A stretch of 64,000 nucleotides of DNA from Candidatus Latescibacterota bacterium (GTDB lineage: Bacteria; Latescibacterota; UBA2968; GCA-2709665): positions 5,088,001 to 5,152,000 of the forward strand of contig OZ220733.1 in the NCBI GenBank assembly GCA_965116875.1. Direction: 5' to 3'. The notes under the pieces are model-generated. The model saw nothing but the letters and a program-made list of their open reading frames with translations. It had not been told where the DNA came from and searched no databases. The number at the start of each line of letters is the position of its first letter. Within the stretch, counting starts at the first letter, position 1. Position numbers and translations under genes: made by a program. This document shows positions 8,767-18,881 of this stretch, piece by piece.

Positions 8767-9704
8767 GTCCGGTCTCCCGAGCGACGCACGCGGAGGCGGA
8801 GACGCAGCGGCAAAGCGTCCTCAGGAGATTCCTCATCCCATTGTTCGATAATCCGCCGGTTCCGGACACGGACCGCGACGAATACGCCGAGCAGCAGCAG
8901 TGTCATATAAAACCACAGCGCCCCCGCCGATGTCAACAGGGCCGTCGCGCTGAACCTGCCCTCGGCGTACTCGGCCCACTCGCGTTCGAATTTGTCTGGA
9001 GTGAGTCCGGTGATCCGATACAGTGCGACGTTGAACGAGACTCCCGCACGGAGCGACTCGACGATCTGCGCCACGCTTCCGGGACCGCCCAGATGGATCA
9101 GGTACAGGACCGCCAGCAGGCTTTCGGTATAGGCCAGGTGCGCCTTTGAAGAAGAAAAACCGAGCACCCCCTCGATTTCACGCAGCGGAATCAGACCGCC
9201 GGAGAAAATCGCGTAAGAGAGCTCGGTGCTTTCCCGGAGCCGCCATTCCTGAGCGGCCCACATGGCCACGCCTTCGTCGAACCAGCGCGGCAAGCGCGAG
9301 CGCGCCAGCTGGTGAAGCAGAATATGGGAGATTTCGTGCCGTGCGGTTTTCAGGACCTGTCCGCGCTGCCCCGGAAACAGGCGCAACACGGCGATCCGTT
9401 CGGCAGGGAAGGCGCAACCCGCGCCCCAGTGGGGGATGCGGCCGCGGGTAACGGTTTGAAAAAGCGCCTGTGAACCGGCGACGTAGACGATAATCGGGAC
9501 GTCCTGCCCACCGCCCAGCTTCCGCGCGACCTCAGATCTGGCGGAGACCAGTTCATCCAGCAGCACCCGCGCCGGCTCGCGATCGATGTCCTGATACCGA
9601 AGCGTCAGTCCTTCCCGTTCGTGTCGCTCCCAGCCAGCGGCCGAAACCGGCCGGCACAGCAGGCAGACCACCCAGATCAACGGGCAGAACCGCCGGGCGT
9701 TCAT
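8763..9704 (-). CDS. Peptidase MA-like zinc metalloprotein, secreted with C-terminal TM
   Basis: Signal peptide, HEISH and PRWFDEGVA motifs, C-terminal hydrophobic helix. Confidence 0.75.
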   Translation of the reverse strand: MNARRFCPLIWVVCLLCRPVSAAGWERHEREGLTLRYQDIDREPARVLLDELVSARSEVARKLGGGQDVPIIVYVAGSQALFQTVTRGRIPHWGAGCAFPAERIAVLRLFPGQRGQVLKTARHEISHILLHQLARSRLPRWFDEGVAMWAAQEWRLRESTELSYAIFSGGLIPLREIEGVLGFSSSKAHLAYTESLLAVLYLIHLGGPGSVAQIVESLRAGVSFNVALYRITGLTPDKFEREWAEYAEGRFSATALLTSAGALWFYMTLLLLGVFVAVRVRNRRIIEQWDEESPEDALPLRLRLRVRRSGDRT

Positions 9705-10561
9705 CGCCGTTTCCTGTTACCCAGATACTTGAAGAAGTCCGTGCGCAGGGGCAGCACGACCGTGGTGCCTTCTCCGAGGGTTTTTTCATACGCCTCGAGG
9801 GTGCGCTGGAACTCGTAGAACCGCGGGTTCTTCTGGAATGCCTGCGCGTAGATGGTCAGTGCCTCGGCGTCGCCCTGGCCCCGGATCAGCTGGGATTTCT
9901 GAAACGCGTCGGATTTGATGCGAGTAACCTCCAGGTCGGTCTCCGCGCGGATCTTCAGGGCCGCTTCTTCGCCCTCGGCGCGATACTCTTTGGCCTGGCG
10001 GGCGCGTTCGGCCCTCATCCGGTCGAACACGTTCTTCTTGTTTTCCTCGGGCAGGTCGGCGCGCTTGACCCGCACGTCCACCACCTCCACGCCCAGTTCC
10101 GCGGCGTCCTGTCGCGACCGCTTCGTGACCTTGTCCATAATTGCTTTCCGATTCCCGGAGACGATTTCAGTGAGCGTCCGCCTGCCCAACTCCTCCCGCA
10201 CGGCCGCGTAGATGATATCGTCCAGGCGCGACTGGGCGCCCCGGACCGTCTGCACGGACTTCAGAAACTTCAGCGGATTGACGATTCGCCACCTGGCGAA
10301 ATTGTCCACAATCAGGTTCTTTTTGTCCGACGTATAAATCGGCGCCGGGTCCGCGTCACTGTAAAGCAAGCGGTTATCGAAGGAGTGAAGCCGTTCCACG
10401 AACGGCACTTTCCAGTGCAGGCCGGGGCTCTGGATGGTGCGCCTGGGTTCTCCCAGCCTGGTCACCACCACCTGTTCGCGCTCATCCACCGTAAACAGGA
10501 CCGATTCAATGAGGAGACCCGCCAGCACGACCGCCACGACCGCCTTGACTAACAATTTCAT
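9701..10561 (-). CDS. hflC: Protease modulator HflC
   Basis: SPFH domain; DKKNLIVDNFARWRI, RMRAERARQA, FYEFQRTLEAY. Confidence 0.95.
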   Translation of the reverse strand: MKLLVKAVVAVVLAGLLIESVLFTVDEREQVVVTRLGEPRRTIQSPGLHWKVPFVERLHSFDNRLLYSDADPAPIYTSDKKNLIVDNFARWRIVNPLKFLKSVQTVRGAQSRLDDIIYAAVREELGRRTLTEIVSGNRKAIMDKVTKRSRQDAAELGVEVVDVRVKRADLPEENKKNVFDRMRAERARQAKEYRAEGEEAALKIRAETDLEVTRIKSDAFQKSQLIRGQGDAEALTIYAQAFQKNPRFYEFQRTLEAYEKTLGEGTTVVLPLRTDFFKYLGNRKRR

Positions 10562-10562
10562 T

Positions 10563-11564
10563 TCAGTTTCCCCCTGCTGTCGCGGGTTGCGCGGTTTTCG
10601 CGGCCCTGGGCTGCAACTGCAGCATGTTCAGAAAACCGCTCCCCTTGCCGTCGGATTCCACCACGTATTTCTGTATGTCCGGCAGGATCTTTTCCATGGT
10701 CTCGAGATAAAGTCTGACTTCGGTCACGTCTTTCGCCTTGCGATACTCTTTCAGTACCTCCAGGAACCGCTCCGCGTCGCCCTGTGATCGCTTGACGCGT
10801 TCGACGGTATAAGCCTCCGCCTCCCGGATCATCTGCTCGGCTTCGCCCCGCGCCTTCGGGATCACTTCGTTCCGATAGGCTTCGGCTTCGTTGCGCAGGC
10901 GCTCCCGGTCCTCACGGGCGCTGGCGACGTCCTTGAACGCGTGGTCCACCTCGCGCGGCACCGACACAGTCTGCAGCTTCACGTTCTCCACGTGCAACCC
11001 GATGTCGTAGAGATTGAATACCTCCTTGACCTGCACTTCGATCTCGCTCTGGATCTTGAATTTGCCTTCGGTGAGCGCCTCGTCGATCGGCGACCGCCCC
11101 AGCACCTGGCGCAGCGCCGCTTCCACCACGCTCCGGACGGCGTGCACCTGGTCGGCGGCATGGAACAGATAGGCTTCTATGTCGCTGATCCGGTACTGAA
11201 CGATCAGCTCGACGTTCACGATATTCTCGTCGCCGGTCAACATGGACTGCTCCCTGGTCACTTGCTGATATCGCGGCACCGGCTCCACGGCGACGGTCCG
11301 GAACCCGATCTCCACGCGCTTGACCTCGCTCACCCGCTCGATTTCCACGGACTCGATCGGCCACGGGAGATGATAGTGGATGCCGGGCTCCTCCACGCCC
11401 ATGGATTTGCCGAACCGCAATACCACCGCCTGTTCGGCCGGCTGCACGATGTAAATCCCGCTGAGCAGCCATAGCAGGATCAGAACGCCCAGACCGTAAT
11501 AGACCAGCCGCGGGCTGAGGGACAGGTCGAAACTGGGCCGACCGGGGAAATCGTATTGTTGCAT
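10563..11564 (-). CDS. hflK: Protease modulator HflK
   Basis: MLTGDENIV, EAEAYRNEVIPKARGEA, RLYLETME; adjacent to hflC. Confidence 0.95.
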   Translation of the reverse strand: MQQYDFPGRPSFDLSLSPRLVYYGLGVLILLWLLSGIYIVQPAEQAVVLRFGKSMGVEEPGIHYHLPWPIESVEIERVSEVKRVEIGFRTVAVEPVPRYQQVTREQSMLTGDENIVNVELIVQYRISDIEAYLFHAADQVHAVRSVVEAALRQVLGRSPIDEALTEGKFKIQSEIEVQVKEVFNLYDIGLHVENVKLQTVSVPREVDHAFKDVASAREDRERLRNEAEAYRNEVIPKARGEAEQMIREAEAYTVERVKRSQGDAERFLEVLKEYRKAKDVTEVRLYLETMEKILPDIQKYVVESDGKGSGFLNMLQLQPRAAKTAQPATAGGN

Positions 11565-11636
11565 AGAACAAACCCCTTGATAAAATGGCTGGCGCCGAAA
11601 TACCGCCGGAACGCAAAAGTACGGCGGGCGAACTTT

Positions 11637-12563
11637 CTATTGCTTCAGATAGTCACCGATCCGGGCCATCCGCTCGATGCCCCGCAGGCAACACGTAACA
11701 CCGGCGACCCTGTTGGCGAACCGGACGGCCGCCGGAACACTTCCGGTTTTCAGATACGACCACGCAAAACCCATCAGAAACGCATCGCCGCATCCGGTCT
11801 CATCCACGGGAACATCCGCCGGCCGCGCCGGACAGTGTTGGACTTCAACGCCGCCCAGCGGGTTCCTGGTAATCGCATCGGCTCCGTGTTCACCACGGGT
11901 AATCAACAGCGCGTGGGGACCCAGAGCCAGAACCCTCTCTCCGAATTCACGGGTGGCCCCCGCGCCGGGCAGAGACGCGCCGGCAAGGAGACCGGCTTCC
12001 TGCTCGTTCAGCTGTATGATATCGGCGCACGCCAACCACGCCTCCCACCGGGGCGGCAGACGAAAAAACCTCCGGCGCCGGCTGTCGATTCCGAGCGTCA
12101 GGCTGTGTACGTCCATCAGGACGAGACCGCGGGATTCCCTTCGAAATGCCCGCAACGTCTGCAGTTCAAGTTCCATCCCGGTGATGAAATTGAAGCAGAC
12201 CGCATCGCAGCCCAGAAAGGGCCGAAGCCGCTCGATCGTCAGCGCGGGCACGCCGCCCAGCAGCGTTTCCTGCTTCCGGTTCCCGGAATCGTAGGTCAAA
12301 AAACAGTGGGGATTCCGTTCGGGTACGAACCGGACGCCATCCAGTTCCACGGACGCCCAGGAACCCAGAAGACGCCGAACCGCGCCTTCAACGTCTCTCC
12401 CCACGTTGCATACCGGAAAAATCGTGGCGGAACCGATCTGGTCCAGTGCCGCGATACTGTACAGGATGCCGCCATAGCTTTCCGTGCGGGTCCCGTCGGG
12501 CGTACAAATCGTATCCCGGTTGATTGAACCGACCACCGCGATACGGCGCGCGTTTCCGGACAT
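11637..12563 (-). CDS. PfkB family carbohydrate kinase
   Basis: VVGSINRD, LNEQEA, ITRGEHG, DETGCGDAF signature. Confidence 0.88.
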   Translation of the reverse strand: MSGNARRIAVVGSINRDTICTPDGTRTESYGGILYSIAALDQIGSATIFPVCNVGRDVEGAVRRLLGSWASVELDGVRFVPERNPHCFLTYDSGNRKQETLLGGVPALTIERLRPFLGCDAVCFNFITGMELELQTLRAFRRESRGLVLMDVHSLTLGIDSRRRRFFRLPPRWEAWLACADIIQLNEQEAGLLAGASLPGAGATREFGERVLALGPHALLITRGEHGADAITRNPLGGVEVQHCPARPADVPVDETGCGDAFLMGFAWSYLKTGSVPAAVRFANRVAGVTCCLRGIERMARIGDYLKQ

Positions 12564-12590
12564 AGCCAACCTCACCGGGAGCAGTTTTTG

Positions 12591-12619
12591 AATGTACTAC
12601 AAAAGCCCGCGGGTGTCAA
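12591..12619 (-). promoter_or_regulatory. sigma70 promoter of the pfkB-hflKC-coaE operon
   Basis: TTGACA-N17-TACATT on the minus strand. Confidence 0.65.
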
Positions 12620-12673
12620 CCCCAAACCCCCTCAAAGGAACCGCCCGGCGCCGCAATACGATCGTGCTCCCCG

Positions 12674-14755
12674 TCACCCCGCGCGGGCGGTCGGCCCCTC
12701 CAGATTCACTGATTCGACGCGCCGTCGCAACACGTCGTGGCGTTCAAGGTTCGGGTCCCGGTCCAGCAGTTCAGCCGCTTCGTCCCGGGCCGACCGGACC
12801 AGGTCCACGTCACGTGCAAGGTCGGCAAATCGAAATTCGGGACATCCGGCCTGCCGGGTGCCGAAGATCTGTCCGGGCCCTCGGATCTTCAGATCCATCT
12901 CAGCAATTTCGAACCCGTTGCCCGTGGCAGTCATGGCGTCCAGCCTCGCGCGCGCGTCCGGCGACAGGTCCCCCTCCGGGTCGGCGATCAGGATACAATA
13001 CGAACCGGCGGCGCCGCGACCTACGCGGCCCCTCAACTGGTGGAGTTGCGCCAGACCGAACCGTTCCGCGTTTTCCACCATCATTACCGTCGCGCCGGGA
13101 ACGTCCACCCCCACTTCGATCACCGTGGTGGAGACCAGTACATCCAGTGAACCCTTTCGGAAGGCGGCCATCACCGCCTCCTTCTCCGCGGGAGAGAGGC
13201 GGCCGTGCAGCAACCCCAGCCTCAATCCCGATAACACGCCGCCACGCAATTCCTCGAATGCCGTGGCAGCGGCCCTGATGTCCCTGGCTCCGGAGTCATC
13301 GATTGCCGGAAAGACGATATAGGCCTGACCGCCCGCCGAAACCTGTTCATGCAGAAACCGATAGGCTTTTTCACGGTCCCCCGCCGCCCGCCATCCCGTC
13401 TTCACCGGTTGACGTCCCGGCGGCAGTTCATCCAGCACGGTAACCTCCAGGTCCCCATAGAGCGTCAGGGCCAGGGACCGTGGAATGGGCGTGGCCGTCA
13501 TCACCAGGAGGTGGGCGCCGCCTTCCTTCTCCAGCAGTGCGGCCCGCTGCAGGACCCCGAACCGATGCTGTTCGTCCACGACCGCGAGACCGAGCCGCGC
13601 GAATACCACATTCTCCTGCAGGAGCGCATGCGTGCCTACCACGAGGTGCACGCGACCCCAGGCCAGCCCCTGCAGGATCTCGCTTCGCTCTCGCTGAGGC
13701 TGTCGCCCGGTGAGCAGCGCGACCACCAGCCCCAGCGGGGCCGCGAGGTCGCGGATGGTCCGGGCGTGCTGCTCCGCCAGAATCTCGGTAGGGGCCATCA
13801 GTGCGGCCTGCGCGCCGCCATCCACCGCCGACAGCATGGCCGCCGTTGCCACCAGAGTCTTGCCCGACCCCACGTCGCCCTGCAGCAGGCGGCGCATCGG
13901 CCTGCCGCGCTCCAGGTCACGGCCGATCTCGGTCAACGCGCGGCGCTGCGCTCCGGTGGGTTCGAAGGACAATATCCCCAGCAATTTTCCGGCAAGAGGG
14001 CCCGTTGACGGCAATACGGGCCCCGGTTTTTTGTCATGGACCGCCTGAAACGACCGAAGCCTCAGCTGGAAATACAGCAGTTCGTCGAATGCGAGCCTGC
14101 GGCGCGCCGCCTCAATATCCCGTCGTTCGTCGGGGAAGTGGAGCTTTCTCACGGCATCGCCGAGCGGGAGGGCCCCGAATCGGGCCCTCATCGGGTCCGG
14201 GAGCGGTTCCGACAGGCGAACATCCTGCAGCGCCTGGTGGATGATGCGGCGCAATGCGCGGCTTGTGAGGCGTTCGGCCTTCATCCGCGCCGTTGTAGAA
14301 TAGACCGGGATCACGCGCCCTGTATGAACTTGCGTTCCCTCTTCGCGATCCGAAATCACCTCCACGTCGGGGTGTACGATCTGTCGTTTGCTGCCAAACC
14401 GGGTCAACCTGCCCCCAACGGCCAGCAGGTCGCCCGACGAGAACGCCTGCCGAAGATACCGGTGTCCTGAAAACCAGACGCACTCCAGCGTGCCCGATTC
14501 GTCTTCCAGCACGAGAACAAACCGGGGCCGCCTGCCGGGCACCACGTTTCCGCCGCGAACCGTGGCGACGGCCGTGACCTCCGCGCCAGCCGGCAGCGCG
14601 GCAATGGGCGACTGGCGCGTACGATCCACGTACCGGTACGGAAGGAAGAGAAGGAGGTCCGCGACGGTGGATATCCCAACCTCACGCAACAGTTCCTCCC
14701 GTTTCGCGCCCACGCCGCGCACGGCGCTCACCGGGACATCGAGTTCGGGCAACAT
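12674..14755 (-). CDS. recG: ATP-dependent DNA helicase RecG
   Basis: RLLQGDVGSGKT, DEQHRFG, TATPIPR, QLHQLRGRVGRG, DLKIRGPG. Confidence 0.97.
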   Translation of the reverse strand: MLPELDVPVSAVRGVGAKREELLREVGISTVADLLLFLPYRYVDRTRQSPIAALPAGAEVTAVATVRGGNVVPGRRPRFVLVLEDESGTLECVWFSGHRYLRQAFSSGDLLAVGGRLTRFGSKRQIVHPDVEVISDREEGTQVHTGRVIPVYSTTARMKAERLTSRALRRIIHQALQDVRLSEPLPDPMRARFGALPLGDAVRKLHFPDERRDIEAARRRLAFDELLYFQLRLRSFQAVHDKKPGPVLPSTGPLAGKLLGILSFEPTGAQRRALTEIGRDLERGRPMRRLLQGDVGSGKTLVATAAMLSAVDGGAQAALMAPTEILAEQHARTIRDLAAPLGLVVALLTGRQPQRERSEILQGLAWGRVHLVVGTHALLQENVVFARLGLAVVDEQHRFGVLQRAALLEKEGGAHLLVMTATPIPRSLALTLYGDLEVTVLDELPPGRQPVKTGWRAAGDREKAYRFLHEQVSAGGQAYIVFPAIDDSGARDIRAAATAFEELRGGVLSGLRLGLLHGRLSPAEKEAVMAAFRKGSLDVLVSTTVIEVGVDVPGATVMMVENAERFGLAQLHQLRGRVGRGAAGSYCILIADPEGDLSPDARARLDAMTATGNGFEIAEMDLKIRGPGQIFGTRQAGCPEFRFADLARDVDLVRSARDEAAELLDRDPNLERHDVLRRRVESVNLEGPTARAG

Positions 14756-14826
14756 CGACCGGCCTTTCCTGACTGGACGTAGTTGAAGGGATACTCTTTT
14801 TCGCGCAGCGACATGCGAACCGTGCG

Positions 14827-14855
14827 AATATAGTTATTCCATATACATGCGTCAA
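14827..14855 (-). promoter_or_regulatory. sigma70 promoter of recG
   Basis: TTGACG-N17-TATATT on the minus strand. Confidence 0.55.
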
Positions 14856-14955
14856 GAAACCGCCTCCGTTTCGGGCGAATGGAGGGCGCATAAGCCGCAT
14901 TTTTCTTGATCTTCCCGAATCCACACCCTATCATGCAACGTGGTTGCCGCGCGTC

Positions 14956-15221
14956 GCCCTGCTTCCCGCCTGCCGAAACGGCGACATTGACGTCGTCAGG
15001 CAACTGGTCGCATACGACGCCGACGTCAATGCCACCTCGGACAACGGACACTTCCCCTGTATTGCGCCGCCGGACACGGACACGCGGACACAACCCGGTT
15101 CCTGATAGAGAGCGGCGCGGATCCGGAAGCCCCGATGGCCGATGGCAAGACGGTCGCTGAATGGTTGGCACAATACGCGGATCATGACCCGCGATTGAAG
15201 GCGTGTCTGGCGATGCTGTAG
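14956..15221 (+). pseudogene. Ankyrin-repeat gene remnant (3' end, frameshifted)
   Basis: ALLPACRNGDIDVVRQLVAYDADVNATSDNGH, frameshift near 15052, then PLYCAAGHGHADTTRFLIESGADPEA... to TAG 15221. Confidence 0.75.
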
Positions 15222-15866
15222 GAGTGAAGCTTCGGGCTGCCGGACTCCCCGGATTTCTCGGACCGCGGTCAACCCGGCAGGGCCCACTCCAGGCGTGCGA
15301 CGGTGCGCAAAAGCGGCACGAATTGTTCCGATGAAAATCGGAACAATGAAGCCTGAATGACGCGAAATAAATTCTCTTGACAAGGTTTGCGCCAGTGCTT
15401 TTATTAAGTGACGTAGAAGTCTATATTCACCACGCTTTCCAACGATACTCCCCCATATATGGGATAAACGTCATTGTAGACACACTATCCTTTGTAGTAC
15501 AACGGCCTGCACTTCCAATGTATTTCGCGCAAGGCGGGCCATCCTGCCAATCTTCAAATCATTCCACGTGAATGGACCGAAAGTAACAGGTCCATCCACG
15601 GCTCACGCAACCCGCAAATCGGGCATCCGCGCAATACGGTCAAGCGCGCTGCGGTTTGCGAATCACCTTACGGAAACACTCCAGACTGATCGGATTGACC
15701 GGTTCCACCGGTTTACAATTGCTGAAACGCCGAATTCTGAAGGTGGTTTTAGCAGGATGTTCGTGACGGGGAGGCATACCCCACGCCCACGCCGCTCCGT
15801 CGGTAACCGTTGCGGCCGATATCGTCCACGGACCGCGGCACGTATCTATTTTTTAGGGAGGTAGAC

Positions 15867-16196
15867 ATGGCAGGTAGAGTTATCGTAGGTCTCATCGCCC
15901 TCGGTGCGATCATTGGGGGCCTGGCTGGCGACGCTTTCCTCGGTGAGGGCATTCTTGCGCTCGTGCTGGTCATCCTGGGTCTCGCCTATGCGGGCGTTGC
16001 GATCGACGCTGAGGACGCAACGGGCTACCTCGTGCTCGCACTTGCCGTCGGCGGCGCGGGAATGGCCAACGTGCTGGGCAACATCCCGGGAATCGGCGAG
16101 AAACTGGATGCGATCGTCGATCTGGCCAGTGTCTCACTGTATGCCGGTGTGGTCACCGTGCTCGTGCAGAGGACGCTGAATCGCCTCAAAGGATAA
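15867..16196 (+). CDS. Small multi-TM membrane protein
   Basis: Strong GGGAGG RBS, ATG 15867, 109 aa, mostly hydrophobic Gly/Ala-rich helices. Confidence 0.75.
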   Translation: MAGRVIVGLIALGAIIGGLAGDAFLGEGILALVLVILGLAYAGVAIDAEDATGYLVLALAVGGAGMANVLGNIPGIGEKLDAIVDLASVSLYAGVVTVLVQRTLNRLKG

Positions 16197-16379
16197 GCAC
16201 CGCAGCGGGATGAGCAGCCTAAAACGGCAGGCATGACTCTCGCAATTAGCCAGCGAGAGAAAGGGAATCCTCGTCACAACGCGTTCGCCCTGCCGACGGC
16301 GGACGGTATTTGGCGATCCCGCAGCACAGATTCGGAAAGGATTCAGTCTGCCAGAAAGCCGAAGTTAAAGCGTTTCAAT

Positions 16380-16425
16380 ACAGGTCGCCGGATTTCCAGA
16401 CCCGATTCCGGCGGCCTGTTTGTGT
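16380..16425 (+). terminator. Probable terminator hairpin
   Basis: acaggtcgccgga / tccggcggcctgt stem followed by ttgtgt. Confidence 0.45.
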
Positions 16426-16556
16426 ACACAGGATCCCTGGGGCAACCCCCCGCGGGTCTTTGCAAGTTCAACAGGTCAGCGCGGGCTTCTGTCCCGTCCA
16501 CAGTTGCGTCACCCCGAAAGTCGGGCGACCGCCTGAAGCGCGCGGAGACTCGAGCG

Positions 16557-18710
16557 ATGTCGCAGCAACACCCTGTTAAGAATTCCATACTGCTGTTTGT
16601 GCTGATCTTCGTCGGATGTCAGCCTGACGGAAAAGTGACGGTTTCCGGCGCGGTAGCGAAACCGGGCGCCTATCGGTACACGCCCGGCAGACCAGCGGCG
16701 GAATATCTGGAAGATGCCGGCGGCGCAACGGAAGAGGCGATGCTGGATGAGGCGTATGTGTCGCGCGCGGGGCCGGACGCTTCCACGGCGGAAACCGGAG
16801 GCACCACGACTCCCCTGTCTGAGAATCCTCCAATTTCGCCCGGTGATGAAATCCGGATTCCCGCTCGCATTTATGACGTACGACTGGACACCGTCCGCCT
16901 CGTGAACAACGTCCGGCTGGTCGACAGAAGTCGAATCTATCGGATCCCCAGGGGCGCGCTGGTGACCGGGTGGACGGAACGCGGCGTGCAGGTGGCGCTG
17001 ATGCTGGGACGCGGCAAGGCATACGAGTGGCCCGATACGACGAAGGCCGTGACGGCCTTTCACTACCTGTACATCCACCTGCATCCCGGAGAATTCCCAC
17101 GCCTGGCGCGATTTGCCGGTGATGTTGTTGACAGCCTGGAAGCGATTGAGGACGCAGACACGATCCAGGAGGGCGTTTTACACTCCCTGAAATTTCTGCG
17201 TGACGGCGGCCTGCAGCTTCCGCCCGTCGGCTATTGGCGCGTAATAAAGGGCGTTTTCCTGGCCCCGAGGAGCGCGTCACGTCCCGGAGGCGGCATGCGC
17301 CGGCGACGCTTCGACGACGGGCGCGTATGGACGACGTTTCCGGACGGGCGGCAGCGATGGCAGTATCCCGACGGACGGGTCAGCGTGAATTTTCCGAAAG
17401 GCTCGCGTGAAGACCGGTTTCCAGATGGACGGGTCGTGTACACCGACCGTCGCAAAAACGAGCGGATCACCTATCCCGATGGACGCCGCGAGTGGCGAAT
17501 GGCGAGAGGAACTCGGGTACTTCAGGGGGCGGACGGCCGGGTTGTCGAGCACAATCTCGAGGGGGTGCTGGTTCAGCAACTGCCGGACGGAACGACCTAC
17601 GGGGTCCCTCCCGACGTACACGTGGAAATGCGCGAAGCCCACGGGACCGCAACTGTTCTTTCCCCCGCGGAAGAACGAACGAAGGACACACCCTCGGGGG
17701 GCGGGCCTGACGCTGCGGTGGAGAGGCGTTCACCAGAAACGTCACATGACAGAGCCGCGTTAGCGCCAGGCAGCGCGCCGCCGGCGTCGCACGGTCAGGG
17801 TTCCCTGCTGATCGTTCCGTCCGATCGGGGTGCGACGGGTGGTGTGTCGGGCGGTTCGTCCCGCGGGACATTTCCCGATGGGCGGCTGGTGGAGACCGGT
17901 CCGGCCGGCCGGACGTTCACCTCGTGGCCGGACGGAAGAATGGAAGTCCGGATGCCCGCCGCTTACGGGTACCCGGGCCGGCTGCGAACGGACCTCGCGA
18001 CGGTCGACCGGCTTCCGCAGGCGGTTGCCGTCGGCGAGAAGCTGACCGTCTCGGGACGGGTCCACGGCGAGGTTGAAGATGTAAACGTGATGGGGTTTCT
18101 CGTGCCTGACGGTGACGCGATCGAAGGCGACGTGGTCATGCGGGACCGGCGGTTTCACGCGCGGTTCCGGTTCGGCGAGGCAGGGCATTGCCGGGTGCAG
18201 GTGCAGGTTGTTTTGCCCAGAGCGCGTACGTATACGGCTTCCCACCAGTCGGTGATTGTCGGCAATCCCGGCAGGCTGGAAGACGAGGTACTCGCCATTG
18301 TCCCGTATCCCGGGGACGAGGCCGCCCAGCTTCTTCTGATCGATCGAATCAACGCGGCCCGGAAACGGATTCGCCGTGGTTCGGTGTTTCCGCATCCCGA
18401 GTTGATGCACGTGGCGCGCATCCGGCTGGAAGAGATTCTTGCCATGGGTTTTATATCTCATTTTTCCATGACGGGTCTGGACGCGGGATGGCACTCGAAC
18501 TACCGGCGGTTGCCCTTCCACCGCGTGGGTGAAAACGTGGCGAGATCGCGTTTTGTCGAAACGATGCATGCCAACTGGATGCTGAGCGCGGGGCACCGCG
18601 GAAATATCCTGGCGAAGCACTGGACGCACGTTGGAGTGGCGGTTGCGGAAGCGGATGGATCGGTCTGGGGCGTTCAGGTGTTCGGACAGGGTTTCGACCA
18701 GGGCCCTTAA
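16557..18710 (+). CDS. Lipoprotein with SLBB domain, PDG beta-repeats and C-terminal CAP/SCP domain
   Basis: Lipobox LIFVGC; VTVSGAVAKPGAY...AGG...PGDEIRIP (SLBB); many xPDGR repeats; GENVA...WMLSAGHRGNIL...HVGVAVA (CAP). Confidence 0.75.
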   Translation: MSQQHPVKNSILLFVLIFVGCQPDGKVTVSGAVAKPGAYRYTPGRPAAEYLEDAGGATEEAMLDEAYVSRAGPDASTAETGGTTTPLSENPPISPGDEIRIPARIYDVRLDTVRLVNNVRLVDRSRIYRIPRGALVTGWTERGVQVALMLGRGKAYEWPDTTKAVTAFHYLYIHLHPGEFPRLARFAGDVVDSLEAIEDADTIQEGVLHSLKFLRDGGLQLPPVGYWRVIKGVFLAPRSASRPGGGMRRRRFDDGRVWTTFPDGRQRWQYPDGRVSVNFPKGSREDRFPDGRVVYTDRRKNERITYPDGRREWRMARGTRVLQGADGRVVEHNLEGVLVQQLPDGTTYGVPPDVHVEMREAHGTATVLSPAEERTKDTPSGGGPDAAVERRSPETSHDRAALAPGSAPPASHGQGSLLIVPSDRGATGGVSGGSSRGTFPDGRLVETGPAGRTFTSWPDGRMEVRMPAAYGYPGRLRTDLATVDRLPQAVAVGEKLTVSGRVHGEVEDVNVMGFLVPDGDAIEGDVVMRDRRFHARFRFGEAGHCRVQVQVVLPRARTYTASHQSVIVGNPGRLEDEVLAIVPYPGDEAAQLLLIDRINAARKRIRRGSVFPHPELMHVARIRLEEILAMGFISHFSMTGLDAGWHSNYRRLPFHRVGENVARSRFVETMHANWMLSAGHRGNILAKHWTHVGVAVAEADGSVWGVQVFGQGFDQGP

Positions 18711-18754
18711 CGCCGTCGCCTTTCCCTGTGCCCGGAACCCGTGGTAAAATAGAG

Positions 18755-18819
18755 CCTGAAGAAAACACTTGACAAAACAGACATACGTCTGTTTTTTTGT
18801 TTGTGAACATTTCTTCAGG
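18755..18819 (+). promoter_or_regulatory. Promoter of the imuA cassette with palindromic operator (candidate SOS box)
   Basis: TTGACA at 18769 followed by AAAACAGAC-ATAC-GTCTGTTTT (18774-18795), nested inside CCTGAAGAAA...TTTCTTCAGG. Confidence 0.65.
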
Positions 18820-18881
18820 AGAATGTGGAACCTTTTTCACCCCCGGGAAAGGTCATCCAGGTGCGGGACGTATCGGACAAT

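Noticed and set aside
11556-12527. Long antisense ORFs (also 22272-23642, 28594-30045, 32276-33838, 49136-50257, 58997-60322)
   Set aside because: Shadow or alternative frames of well-supported GC-rich genes, with biased composition and no motifs.
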